Positions 1-11,483 of a DNA stretch of 64,000 bases are shown in pieces. The DNA is from Eledone cirrhosa. Lineage: Eukaryota. Positions within the stretch are counted from its first letter, which is position 1. Every line of letters starts with the position of its first letter. The stretch lies in contig OZ024745.1 of assembly GCA_964016885.1 (NCBI GenBank), positions 23,870,001 to 23,934,000 of the forward strand. The letters run 5' to 3'. The notes under the pieces are model-generated. The model had not been told where the DNA came from. It saw only the letters and a program-made list of their open reading frames with translations, and searched no databases. Position numbers and translations under genes: made by a program.

Positions 1-704
1 GGAGCCAGGAGAAGTATAAGACCCTCATAAAACTGGACATGAAAGGAATTTGCCCATTATACAGGAGCAAATCATGGAATCGCTTAGATAGGAGTAGACA
101 TAAGATAGGGAAAGCCACCTCATGGTATGACAACCAGAGATACCAGAGTGTCATGTTTGTGGACGCTACCCCTGGAGGGAAATTAGCTAACCGGTGTAGA
201 AAGGCCCTGAGAAAGACCCACTTAAAGATTAAGGTGGTAGAAAAGCCAGGAACCACCATAAAATCCCTGATCAGCAAAACCTACCCTTTTAAAAAACCCA
301 CTGTACTAATAGGAAATGCATCATATGTAGAGTAAACCCCCGGATAAACTGTAAAACTAGAAACGTAGTCTATAGCATAGGATGTACAGAGGGTACTTGC
401 AGAAACATGACAACAACATACATAGGCGAGACAGCTCGTAGCATAGGTGAAAGGATAGACCAACACTGGTGGGGAACTAAAAGGACGAAAAAACGGTTCA
501 GTACTATACGAACATGCCAGACAACAACACAACGGTAACATAGACAACATAGAAGTTAGAATAATATCTAAACATAGAAATGACCCAGCAGATAGGCAAA
601 TCAGAGAGGCCAGCGAAATAGAATACAGAAGGCCAAGGCTAAACAGAAAAAATGAATGGAATAACAACAACACCCAAACAAACAACACTGACCTAAAAGA
701 AGTA

Positions 705-707
<3 letters not shown>
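1..707 (+). pseudogene. Penelope-like retroelement, 3' part (RT thumb/linker + GIY-YIG endonuclease), Naiad/Chlamys-like, two frameshifts
   Basis: The ORF reads SVMFVDATPGGKLA..KVVEKPG. A shifted frame from ~299 reads HCTNRKCIICRVNPRINCKTRNVVYSIGCTEGTC..TYIGETARSIGERIDQH. After a second shift (~470) it reads SVLYEHARQQH..RQIREASEI..LNRKNEW, with a stop at ~707. These are GIY-YIG motifs with a CCHH insertion. Confidence 0.85.
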
Positions 708-743
<36 letters not shown>

Positions 744-980
744 ATACATACACTAGCACAATAACAACAAACACATATAAACACACACTAGTAAACTAAG
801 ATAGAATACATTAACCAACACAGTCACCCAAACACGAACACGCATCAAACAAAACACTATACACACACGCAAACGCATTTGCAGAGAAGACAAAAAACAA
901 ACAAACAAATAAATAAATAAATAAACAGAGTAAATAAAGATGGCGTAGGCATACAATGCAACGGGAGGAAACATAATAGC

Positions 981-1020
981 ACCACTGACGATGTTGCAGA
1001 TGTGCAACGAAAGAACTTTG
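981..1020 (+). ncRNA. Partial/decayed hammerhead motif in PLE 3' region
   Basis: CTGACGA-t-GTTGCA-gatg-TGCAAC-GAAA; stems I and III are poorly conserved. Confidence 0.45.
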
Positions 1021-1049
1021 ATAGACTATATATATGTGTTTGTGTCTAT

Positions 1050-1220
1050 ATTGTATCTGTATTTTTGACCGTTGGTCAGTCAATGACAACATTGAGGACC
1101 GAATAAATTAAATTAACCGATATAAAAGACACAGAAGTGAAAAGAAAAAACCAACCAAACAGTGAGTGTGTTCTGTTATTAATTCTGGCAATATTATTAC
1201 ACAAATATGACCCTCCCCAA

Positions 1221-1222
<2 letters not shown>
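1050..1222 (+). repeat. Dispersed repeat, probable PLE 3' tail ending ATATGACCCTCCCCAAG(TA)n
   Basis: Homologous copy at ~42830-42990; the same terminus occurs at ~3826-3915 and ~6088-6112 (-). Confidence 0.65.
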
Positions 1223-1285
<63 letters not shown>

Positions 1286-1483
1286 ACAAAGTCACCGTAA
1301 TTTAGGGGATATATGTTTAATAATAACTAAAAAAAATATGAGGGAAATTACTATAATTGATTTTAAATGAAATAGGACAATGGCGGACGTCACAAGTGGG
1401 TGGAATTGAAGAGATGTCGGGGATTGAAGCCTTTTTACATACAATTATATGCATTTTACTATAAACCACGCCGTGTACTATGG

Positions 1484-1591
<108 letters not shown>

Positions 1592-1690
1592 ATTGAAATT
1601 TCCGTTGGAAACAGAAAGGGTCATAGAAGTGAAGAGTGCTCTATGTAAGTATCAGAGCTAAATTTAATGTATAAAAATCAATACAGTATA

Positions 1691-1768
1691 ATTACCTCAT
1701 TACCAGAGGTTTCCAGAATGAGGCGAATACGAAAGAAACGTCTTCATTCGTTCGTCAGACGAGGCAAT
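1691..1768 (-). ncRNA. Type I hammerhead ribozyme in a fold-back element (arms ~1667-1738 / ~1779-1851)
   Basis: Minus strand: ATTGCCTCGT-CTGACGA-acGAATGA..TCATTCtg-GAAA-CCTCTGG-TA-ATGAGGTAAT. Stem I is 10 bp with G-U pairs; the triplet is GUA. Confidence 0.75.
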
Positions 1769-1847
1769 ATTTCAAAATTTCTTTCGCATTCGCCTCATTC
1801 GGGAAACCTCTGGTAATGAGGTAATTATATTGTATTGATTTTTATAC

Positions 1848-1904
<57 letters not shown>

Positions 1905-2107
1905 GAAAAACTGTCCTGTGTAGCTAAAATCATGTGAAATGGATGAAAAAAGGTGGCTGAAGACAACAGAAAAACGGACGAAACACCAGACTGTCCTACT
2001 CATCAGTGAACCCCTGGAGGTCGTCGCGGTTTCGGTTTATATATGTACATACATAGGGATATATACAATATATTAATAAATGGAAACTATATTTATAAAA
2101 CCATAAT

Positions 2108-2172
2108 TATTTTATTATATATATTTCAAGGGTAACCAAGGCAGTCTTGGTGCGCTTTCATCAGATAAAATA
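2108..2172 (-). ncRNA. Type I hammerhead ribozyme (inverted partner of 2313-2377)
   Basis: Near-identical reverse complement of 2313-2377 within an inverted repeat spanning ~2067-2419. Confidence 0.8.
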
Positions 2173-2312
2173 CAAAATTTGTTTTATAAATAGTGACATA
2201 GCCGTGGAAAACAACTTGACAGTTGAAAATTCGTTGAAAACAACCTTGACGGTTGAAAATTCGTTGGAAATTGTTTTCCACGGCTATGTCACTATTTATA
2301 ACATAAATTTTG

Positions 2313-2377
2313 TATTTTATCTGATGAAAGCGCACCAAGACTGCCTTGGTCGCCCTTGAAATATATATAATAAAATA
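2313..2377 (+). ncRNA. Type I hammerhead ribozyme
   Basis: TATTTTAT-CTGATGA-AAG..ACCAAG-actgc-CTTGGT..CTT-GAAA-TATATA-TA-ATAAAATA. Stem I is 8 bp and stem III is palindromic. Confidence 0.85.
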
Positions 2378-2507
2378 ATTATGATTTTATAAATATAGTT
2401 TCCATTTATTAATATATTGAATATTTACTCCAGTAAACTGTTGAGTGCTCTATATCAGTTATAAACTTTTAAGTTTGTCGGAATCCCAACAAATTAAATA
2501 TAACTTC

Positions 2508-2546
<39 letters not shown>

Positions 2547-3096
2547 GTATGCAAGTGCGTGTGTGTATGATACATTGATACATAAGATGGAGAGAGTAAG
2601 AAAGTGAGAGAGAGAGGGTGGGAGAGAGAGGGTGAGAGAGAGAGGGTGGGAGAGAGAAGGTGAGAGAAAGAGTATGGCGGAGAAAAAACCAGCCAACACG
2701 TCTCAGACGCTCGTACACACAGACACAGACAATATCGGCACACACACACACACCCACACACACATAATCGCTCACCGACACGCAAAGAAACATACACATA
2801 GCCGCAATAGCATACACACACTCAACAGACACACACACATATCTCCACAGACATAGAAAGAAGCACAGACAACGGTTACACAACCACACATATACAAACG
2901 CACACACATACACACAAAAGCCGTCAGCCGACATTATCTTCTCTGCTGGCTCTCTTTCTCTCTCTTTCTCTCTCTCGCTGTCTCTCTCTGTATCTGTCTG
3001 TCTCTCTCTCCCGCTCTCTCTCTCTGATTGTCTTTCATACTCTCCCTCTATCGTAATCTTTCTCACTCTTATTTTCTCATCTTTTCCTCCGTTTGC

Positions 3097-3170
<74 letters not shown>

Positions 3171-3532
3171 GCTCTCTACCTGCTACGTTCTTCCTCTTTC
3201 TTTAACTACGGCTTCCTGTTTATCATTTGACGGCCATTGTAAAAGGGCTGTCTATGCTACAAACGAGAGAAACTTCATACTATGCTAGATTTCAACGTTA
3301 AGATGTAGGCAGAGTGTACACCCGCATGTATTCAGGTTATACGGGTAGGTGAGTGCGAACTTTCGCGTCTGTGCGTGCATGTGCTTGTGTGCATGTGCAT
3401 ATATTTATATGTTTGTGTAAGTGAGATGTATTTATGAAATTATACATACATACAGACACACCAGTGTGCAAATATACACTCATACACAACAGTCATACAC
3501 AAAAACAAACACCCTCACTCACACACACACAA

Positions 3533-3599
<67 letters not shown>

Positions 3600-3603
<4 letters not shown>

Positions 3604-3790
3604 CAAGTATGACCCCGACGGCAGAGCTCAAGCCGTTTCGACGGCTAATTCTGGACTAGAATTAGCCGTCGAAACGGCTTGAGCTCTGCCATCGGGGTCA
3701 TACTTGTTCCTATTACCCACTCTACTACCCTAAGGATTGAGTACTTTGGTGCGTTATGGTGCATCTGGTTCCTTACCACATTTCCTTCGT

Positions 3791-3792
<2 letters not shown>
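3600..3792 (+). mobile_element. Short (TA)n-associated repeat family (GCCGTCGAAACGG...CCTTCGTTA) with 5' inverted segment
   Basis: 3601-3652 is an inverted copy of 3658-3708. Further copies at ~8966-9084, 24471-24617, 24716-24936, 43480-43593, 47366-47653, 55100-55252 and 55608-55727, all adjacent to (TA)n. Confidence 0.8.
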
Positions 3793-3825
<33 letters not shown>

Positions 3826-3969
3826 TGTTATACTTTGGGAGGGTCATGTTGCCAATAAGAAACACACGCACCAGTTGCTTTCACTTCAATTTATAACCTC
3901 CCAAAGTATAACAATATCGGTTTCAACACACGATTTCAGATAAAGAATCTTGCTAAACAAATTCAGAAA

Positions 3970-4032
<63 letters not shown>

Positions 4033-4331
4033 CATGTATATATATATATGTATTTTTGAAGCACTCGGTAATTTTAAATTTTAAATGTGGTAAATCCAAA
4101 CACAGAAATTAACTGTAAGAAAGTGGATCGCTATAAATAATAAGTTAGAAAATCGCTCTGTATTCGAGAGATATGGAGTTCGATTATTCGTAGCGGTTTT
4201 TAGCCACTTTTTTCGCCTAATAAGGATATTTTACCCGATTTTCTAAGCTATTATTTATAACGGCAGACTGTTTGGTACATTTATTATCTGTATTTGGGAT
4301 TCCTGCATTTTCATATATGAATTTCTTTCTA

Positions 4332-4367
4332 TCTTCTGATGAAAGACACACGTCCGAAATGTTAAGA
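4332..4367 (+). ncRNA. Minimal hammerhead, degenerate copy of the 30028-30063 family
   Basis: TCTT-CTGATGA-aaGAC-acac-GTCc-GAAA-TG-TT-AAGA, followed by ATATCAAGCGTTAA, which is shared with the 30 kb copy. Confidence 0.6.
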
Positions 4368-4638
4368 CATTTTTCATAATATATCAAGCGTTAAACTAAT
4401 GTATATATTTATTTTACTGTATCGATTTGGTGTGTTGTTTTTCGTTTACTATTTGCAAACATACATGCATACATATATACTTATATGCATGCATTCATAT
4501 ATACATACATACGTACGTACATACATGTATGCATGTATGTATGTAATGTATGTATGTATGTTTGTATGTATGTATTTATGCATGTACGCACGTATGGATG
4601 TATGTATGTATATATATATACACACACACACACATATA

Positions 4639-4699
<61 letters not shown>

Positions 4700-4710
<11 letters not shown>

Positions 4711-5722
4711 GTTGTAGTTCCTGTCTGTTTGTTTATTCACGAACTCCTCCTATGGTTTTGGGGATAGACCCCATAACCATATATATTCTGTAACTACATT
4801 GCCCAGGGTACTTGGATAAGTATATTTCATTTTAATCAAAAGGTTCCCCGTAGGCACAAACCCCCGGTGAAAATATTTTTCCTTCAATTTATATGAAATT
4901 TAAACCATTGGTAAATGACAAGATATGATGCCTATTCACACAATTTCAATAATTTTAAGTCACCCTAATGGGCGTTAAACCCTCTATAGTGAAAATTTTG
5001 GCCAATAAATGGAACAAGATGGGTTGTAACAAGATTGCATGAGAACTTGATTGAAGCAACCATTATATTCGGGACTTACAAAGGTCAAGCTCTTCTCATT
5101 CCGAGTATTCCACTTATACCAAGTGATAGCGAGTTGCCTTTTACATTTAAGAGGTTTCAGTTCCCAGTGAGGCCATGCTTTGCCATGAGCATCAATAAGA
5201 GTCAAGGTCAAACTTTCAAAACTATTGGTATAGATCTGACAAACCTATGTTTCAGTCATGGTATGTTTATGTGGCTGTTTCAAGGACTGGAACTTCAAAA
5301 AATATCTACATTTTAGCCAATCAAAGAAAGACAAGAAATGTTGTTTACCCTGATGTTCTTCATTGGGACAAAGTATGAAATATATTTTCATGTATATATT
5401 ATGTTAAAAAATAAATAACTAAACTTTGAATTTTTAATTTGAAAATAATGCTTTAGACAAAAATGAAATGATCAAGTTTTGAATTGATATTTAAAAAAAA
5501 TTTATTTACAAGAAACAAAATAAGAATAAGATTTAATAATATTTTGATTTGATATATTACAAAAAGTAATGTTTTCCAATTTTTCATGCATTACGTTTTA
5601 CATTGAGTAATATTGAAATGCTGAGTTTTTCTCCATAAATTATATCACTGATTTAAAATCAATCATCATTTTCTTACAAAAGAAAATGAGTGAAACGCAG
5701 CAAGCGCGGGTAATTCGGCTAG
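4700..5722 (+). mobile_element. Internally deleted Helitron retaining the PIF1-like helicase C-terminus
   Basis: 5035-5380 reads IPLIPSDSELPFTFKRFQFPVRPCFAMSINKSQGQT..CFSHG (then frameshifted). The 3' end GCAGCAAGCGCGGGTAATTCGGCTAG|T has a GC-rich subterminal stretch plus CTAG. The 5' end is approximate because it lies in (TA)n. Confidence 0.85.
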
Positions 5723-5723
5723 T

Positions 5724-5833
<110 letters not shown>

Positions 5834-6110
5834 AAAATCTGCTTCGTAGAATCAATTCGTATATGAGGACCTTGCGATTTTCAGAGTCAGGTTCGATCAT
5901 CACATTGATCGTGCCTCGAGCTGGTCGCCAGAGAAACGATTGAAACATGTCCAATAAATTCCATTCGTCGCAACACTGATTCTCTTTTTCTCTGTGATAT
6001 CATACTCTGCTCTATGAGAGCATCGAGTGCTCATACGACCTACCGCATACGGGCGCTTTAAGCATCCAACACCAATTATATATATATACTTGGGGAGGAT
6101 CATATTGTTG

Positions 6111-6187
<77 letters not shown>

Positions 6188-6579
6188 CATACATACATAT
6201 ATATAATGAGCATAATATTTCTTTTCTCTTTCCTTTATCAGATCATATACGTCCTGCTAACTTCCAAAGTGTTGACCCATGCTAGGTATTGATCCATGAT
6301 AGATAGAGCCATTTCAGATCGGTTCCTATAGAGAATTGCAAACAGAGGCCAGTCTTGTACATTGGTCACAGACGTCTGAGACAGATATCAACGGCGGAAA
6401 CCACATGTATGAGGACCTGACCAGATGTTTGCTCAAAATGTGTGTCAATCCATGTTTTACACTATGCGCCTCAGCGTTTACGCAATCCTGTAAGGGCCTC
6501 AGATCTGTGTAGGTCATTCATTATCCAAGGGCCGATCCTCAGCCATGTTACTACATTTGTACATACTAGTTCTAATTCA

Positions 6580-6693
6580 AATCAACGCTGCAAGTTCTGT
6601 TTAAGGGAAAAATTATTTGGAAATGATAATGGAATCACTGAACACTCGGAATTGTCAGGATTTTGCAGGCATGAATCGAAGTTCTTACTTTGA
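6580..6693 (+). pseudogene. PLE GIY-YIG C-terminal remnant (CxxCxxEK..SE..CRH type)
   Basis: NQRCKFCLREKLF..SELSGFCRHESKFLL*; the same motif pattern occurs at 28868-29010. Confidence 0.55.
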
Positions 6694-6724
6694 ATATATG
6701 TACCTCTAAATGGGTAACTGAAAG

Positions 6725-6958
6725 TGAAAACTACACAAAAATTGGATATTTTCTTTTTCTTTTACACTTCTATCTCCAACGCAGCTAAAAACACAATCAT
6801 AGCATGCTATCTCCCGTGCATTGTTATCTTTTTTTCATCTTTACATATACACAATTATGCAATACAAGGGAGATGGCGCACTGTGATTGTGTTTTTAGTT
6901 GCGTTGAAGATAGAAATGTAAAAGAAAAAGAAAATATCCAATTTGTGTGTAGTTTATC
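6725..6958. repeat. Imperfect inverted repeat (~100-bp arms), MITE-like or fold-back
   Basis: AAACTACACAAAAATTGGATATTTTCTTTTTCTTTTACA.. is mirrored by ..TGTAAAAGAAAAAGAAAATATCCAATTTGTGTGTAGTTT. Confidence 0.75.
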
Positions 6959-7089
6959 AGGCTAAATTTTCTCTAGTTAAAAATGTCTTTAGTCAAAAAT
7001 TACAGCGAAAGCTTCTATTTCTAAATTTGAACAGAAATATATTTTTTTCACTTTTGCATATATACAATTATTTTTTGCATATATACATA

Positions 7090-8272
7090 TATTCCCAGAG
7101 ACAGCAAAATTCTTAAGAGAAGGAGAACGAAGATCTCAAATCGGCTACATATACAAGTAAGGAACAAAAAAGAATCACATTTGAAACAAACACTGTCTGA
7201 AATTGCAAATGAACTCAAACCCACCCATGAAATGGAGAGGGCAGAAAGAGAAGCCAGGGCCACAGAAAACATAAAGACTAACCCTAAGGCCTTCTTTAAA
7301 TTTGCAAAAGAGATCGCCTCGGTAAACTACGGGATGGCCACTTTTCCATAAAAGTGGCTCACTGACCGCAGACCCCTTCCGCAAGGGATAAGTGAGGCAC
7401 TGAATGAAAAATACAAAAGTGTTTTCACACCTCCAACGAAACACAGGCAAATAAATAAGCCAGATAAGTTCTTTAACAATTACACAGAGAAATGGCAACC
7501 ACCAACCACATAGATATAAAGGTGAAAGATGTAACATCAGCCATAGACGAAATGAGACCAAATTCGGCTGCCGATGATGGTTTCCCAGCAATCCTCCTAA
7601 AAACATGGAGGTGAACATTAGTAAAACCATCCGGAAAACTAAGAGAAAGCATATCTCCTATCCATAAAGGAGGAAACAGGGCAGATGCTAAAAACTATAA
7701 ACCTGTCTCCCCGACCTCACATATAAACAATGACATGGAAATAATTATTAGAATGATTACTTTTCGAGAAGAAAATGGTCTTCTAACTGACACCCAGCAG
7801 CACTTTCGCCCAGATAGAAGTTGGCATACGTAGCTCTTGCAGCATTATGACTGGATACTCAAGCAACTGCTCGACCGTTCGAACGTGGATGTGATATATC
7901 TTGACTTCTCGAAGGCCTTCGACAATGTTGATCATGGAATGATATGTCACAAACTACGTAGCTTTAGCATAGATTGAAAACTTAGTAAAAGTCTTCATGA
8001 CTTCTTAAAAGACAGAAGCCAGACTGTTGCCGCCAAGGAAAAGTCAATAACAAGCGGCTTGCTCCAGGGAACCGTCTTGGGAGCACTACTGTTTGTGATG
8101 GCTCTCTCAGACATGCCCTGTATAGTACGGACAGCCTCCCTCCCCCCCAAGCAATGCTGGTGACACTAAATTAGCACAGACAATCAAGAAACCGGTTGAT
8201 GCTACGCTCTTACAACAATATTTAGATGCCATATACGAATGGGCCGAAGACAATAATATGCAATTTAATGCA
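7090..8272 (+). pseudogene. Decayed CR1-group LINE reverse transcriptase
   Basis: Motifs across stops and frameshifts: IKTNPKAFFKFAK, NYKPVS, FRPDRS, VDVIYLDFSKAFDNVDHG, SGLLQGTVLG, LDAIYEWAEDNNMQFNA. Confidence 0.85.
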
Positions 8273-8362
<90 letters not shown>

Positions 8363-8392
8363 AGATCAAAAGATGGTTAAAAGAGTTCCATG

Positions 8393-8463
8393 TATTTTAT
8401 TATGCGCATTTCAAAAACAAATATCATTATGGGATGATATTTGCGTTCTCATCAGATAAAATA
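8393..8463 (-). ncRNA. Type I hammerhead ribozyme
   Basis: Minus strand: TATTTTAT-CTGATGA-GAACgCAAATATCAT-cccata-ATGATATTTGtTTTT-GAAA-TGCGCA-TA-ATAAAATA. Confidence 0.85.
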
Positions 8464-8835
8464 GGGAGACATGATATGAAGTTTAAAAAACACTTGCGAG
8501 CTGTGAAGTGTTAAATCTACATATGAAAAATAAAATAAAATGGATATATGAGATTGGAAAAAAAAGAAGAAAGGGGGAAGGGAAAAGGTAAGGAAGAGGA
8601 AGAAACAAAATAAAGGATGACGGGGGTGGAGTATAAGAAGGAAGGATGAGAGAGGAGGAGAAATGAGTGAGAGAGAGAGAGATAGACTTTAATACTGAGA
8701 AACACTCTCTCGCAGAGAGAAATTAAAAAAACCGTTGTAAGATAATACATAAATTTAAAAAAAATTGAAATTAAAAGTTAATGAGGTTTATCCAATATTT
8801 GCATTGCTTTATTGTGCTACAATAAAACTCACCTC

Positions 8836-8899
<64 letters not shown>

Positions 8900-8926
8900 A
8901 CACGCACACACACACACACACACACG

Positions 8927-8968
<42 letters not shown>

Positions 8969-9212
8969 AACCAGTAAGACCCCAGGGGGTCTTGCTGGTT
9001 CCTATTACCCACTCTACTACCCCAAGTATTGAGTACTTTGGTGCGTTATGGTCCACCTGGTTCCTCACCACATTTCCTTCGTTATATATATATATATATA
9101 TAAATTGTTCGTTTGGATTTTGACTGAAAAGAACACGTAAGGCAGTTGTTAAAATACGTATAACAAAATAAATAGGGATGTGCGAACGAAACCGTCTTTC
9201 TTGTTTATTATT

Positions 9213-9273
<61 letters not shown>

Positions 9274-9306
9274 ACAACAAAATAAGATGCTGAGGTTACA
9301 TATATC

Positions 9307-9406
9307 GTTTAATCATAATAATTATTTCCACGGTACTCCATGCAATCGAGATGTTCTTCATGCATTTGCTGTTGATTATGAGAACGGTATCATCAGATGA
9401 ATAACC
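9307..9406 (-). ncRNA. Hammerhead with long stem II (inverted partner of 9431-9530)
   Basis: Reverse complement of 9431-9530 in an inverted repeat spanning ~9268-9569. Confidence 0.65.
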
Positions 9407-9430
9407 GATATGTTACATATCAAACATATC

Positions 9431-9530
9431 GGTTATTCATCTGATGATACCGTTCTCATAATCAACAGCAAATGCATGAAGGACATCTCGCTTGCATGGA
9501 GTACCGTGGAAATAATTATTATGATTAAAC
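9431..9530 (+). ncRNA. Hammerhead with long stem II
   Basis: GGTTATTCAT-CTGATGA-TACCGTTCTC...GAGTACCGTG-GAAA-TAATTA-TT-ATGATTAAAC; a few mismatches in stems I and II. Confidence 0.65.
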
Positions 9531-9640
9531 AATATATGTAACCTCAGCATCTTATTTTGTTATTTTTTATAAAATTCTCCATCGTAACTAAAAACTACGA
9601 TCGATGAGAGCTTTCTCCTGCTTACTCCTGTTTTTACCAA

Positions 9641-9712
<72 letters not shown>

Positions 9713-9713
9713 C

Positions 9714-10212
<499 letters not shown>

Positions 10213-10782
10213 CCCTTCTACCTGGAGTTGCGACCGATAGATAGTACTAGCAACTGGAAAGACCGACGAAAACGTTGTTTCCTCGGTCCGATTTGACGAA
10301 AGTCGATCGATCCTTTTATATATATATATAGTCGTGTGTGTACACATGTATTCCGTCTGAAAATTAATCTTATGAATACTCAGCTACGTATATGTTCATT
10401 TTTTCCTGTGTCTTTATTGTTGTCGTCTTCAGATGTCCGGAGTCCCCACGCCAGTTCTACCCCACACGCCATCTCTACCCGACACGCCATCTCTACCCGA
10501 CACGCCATCCCTACCTTCACAAGCCGAATAATTATTTGCCACTTTGAAACAATGAATTCAGTTTGGGTATCATTGAGTGTTGATCAGGAAAACTGAGAGA
10601 AAAATAGACTCGTGTTGCTATCTTCAGATACGACACACACAGACCTTATCCCTCTCACGCTCACTACATAGACATACACACACATACAGACATATAGATA
10701 TATATTCATATAATTATATATACACATGTACATGTATGAATATATATATACATATATATTCATACATACATAAATATATATT

Positions 10783-10845
<63 letters not shown>

Positions 10846-10915
10846 GAGTAAATGTACATGTGTGTATATATATGTGTATATATGTGTATATATATATTTA
10901 CGTGTATATATATAA

Positions 10916-10947
<32 letters not shown>

Positions 10948-10986
10948 ACATGTGTGTATATATATATATATATATTTACGTGTACT

Positions 10987-11019
<33 letters not shown>

Positions 11020-11483
11020 TCTATGTATATATATATATACATATGTATATATATATGTGTGTGTGTGTGTCTGTACGTATGTATGTATACTTCGGTCTGT
11101 TACTACCGTCACCAGCCCTCTCCCCATCTAAAACCTTAATTCCCCGGGTGATAGCATTTAATCCTACTCGTTAATCCATCTTAATCCTCACGTAACTTGC
11201 GATTTTCTTGCCAAGGTTTTCTCCTTGTTGTCTTACTCTTCCAATCTGCTTTGCCCTCTCTGTCTCCGCCCCCCTCTCTATCTCTCTATCTCTCGCTCTC
11301 TTCTCTTCTCTCTTGCAATCTTCTGTTTATTTTTCTCCTCTTCATTTTCTCTCCGTCTCTGCTCTTCCTTCTTCTCTCTATCCAACCAATACTGCTTTTC
11401 TCAATCATTTCCAACAACCAACTTTACGTAAACATGTTTCTCCGTCGCTAACAACGTCACCCTCACTGGGTAGACATCATTCA

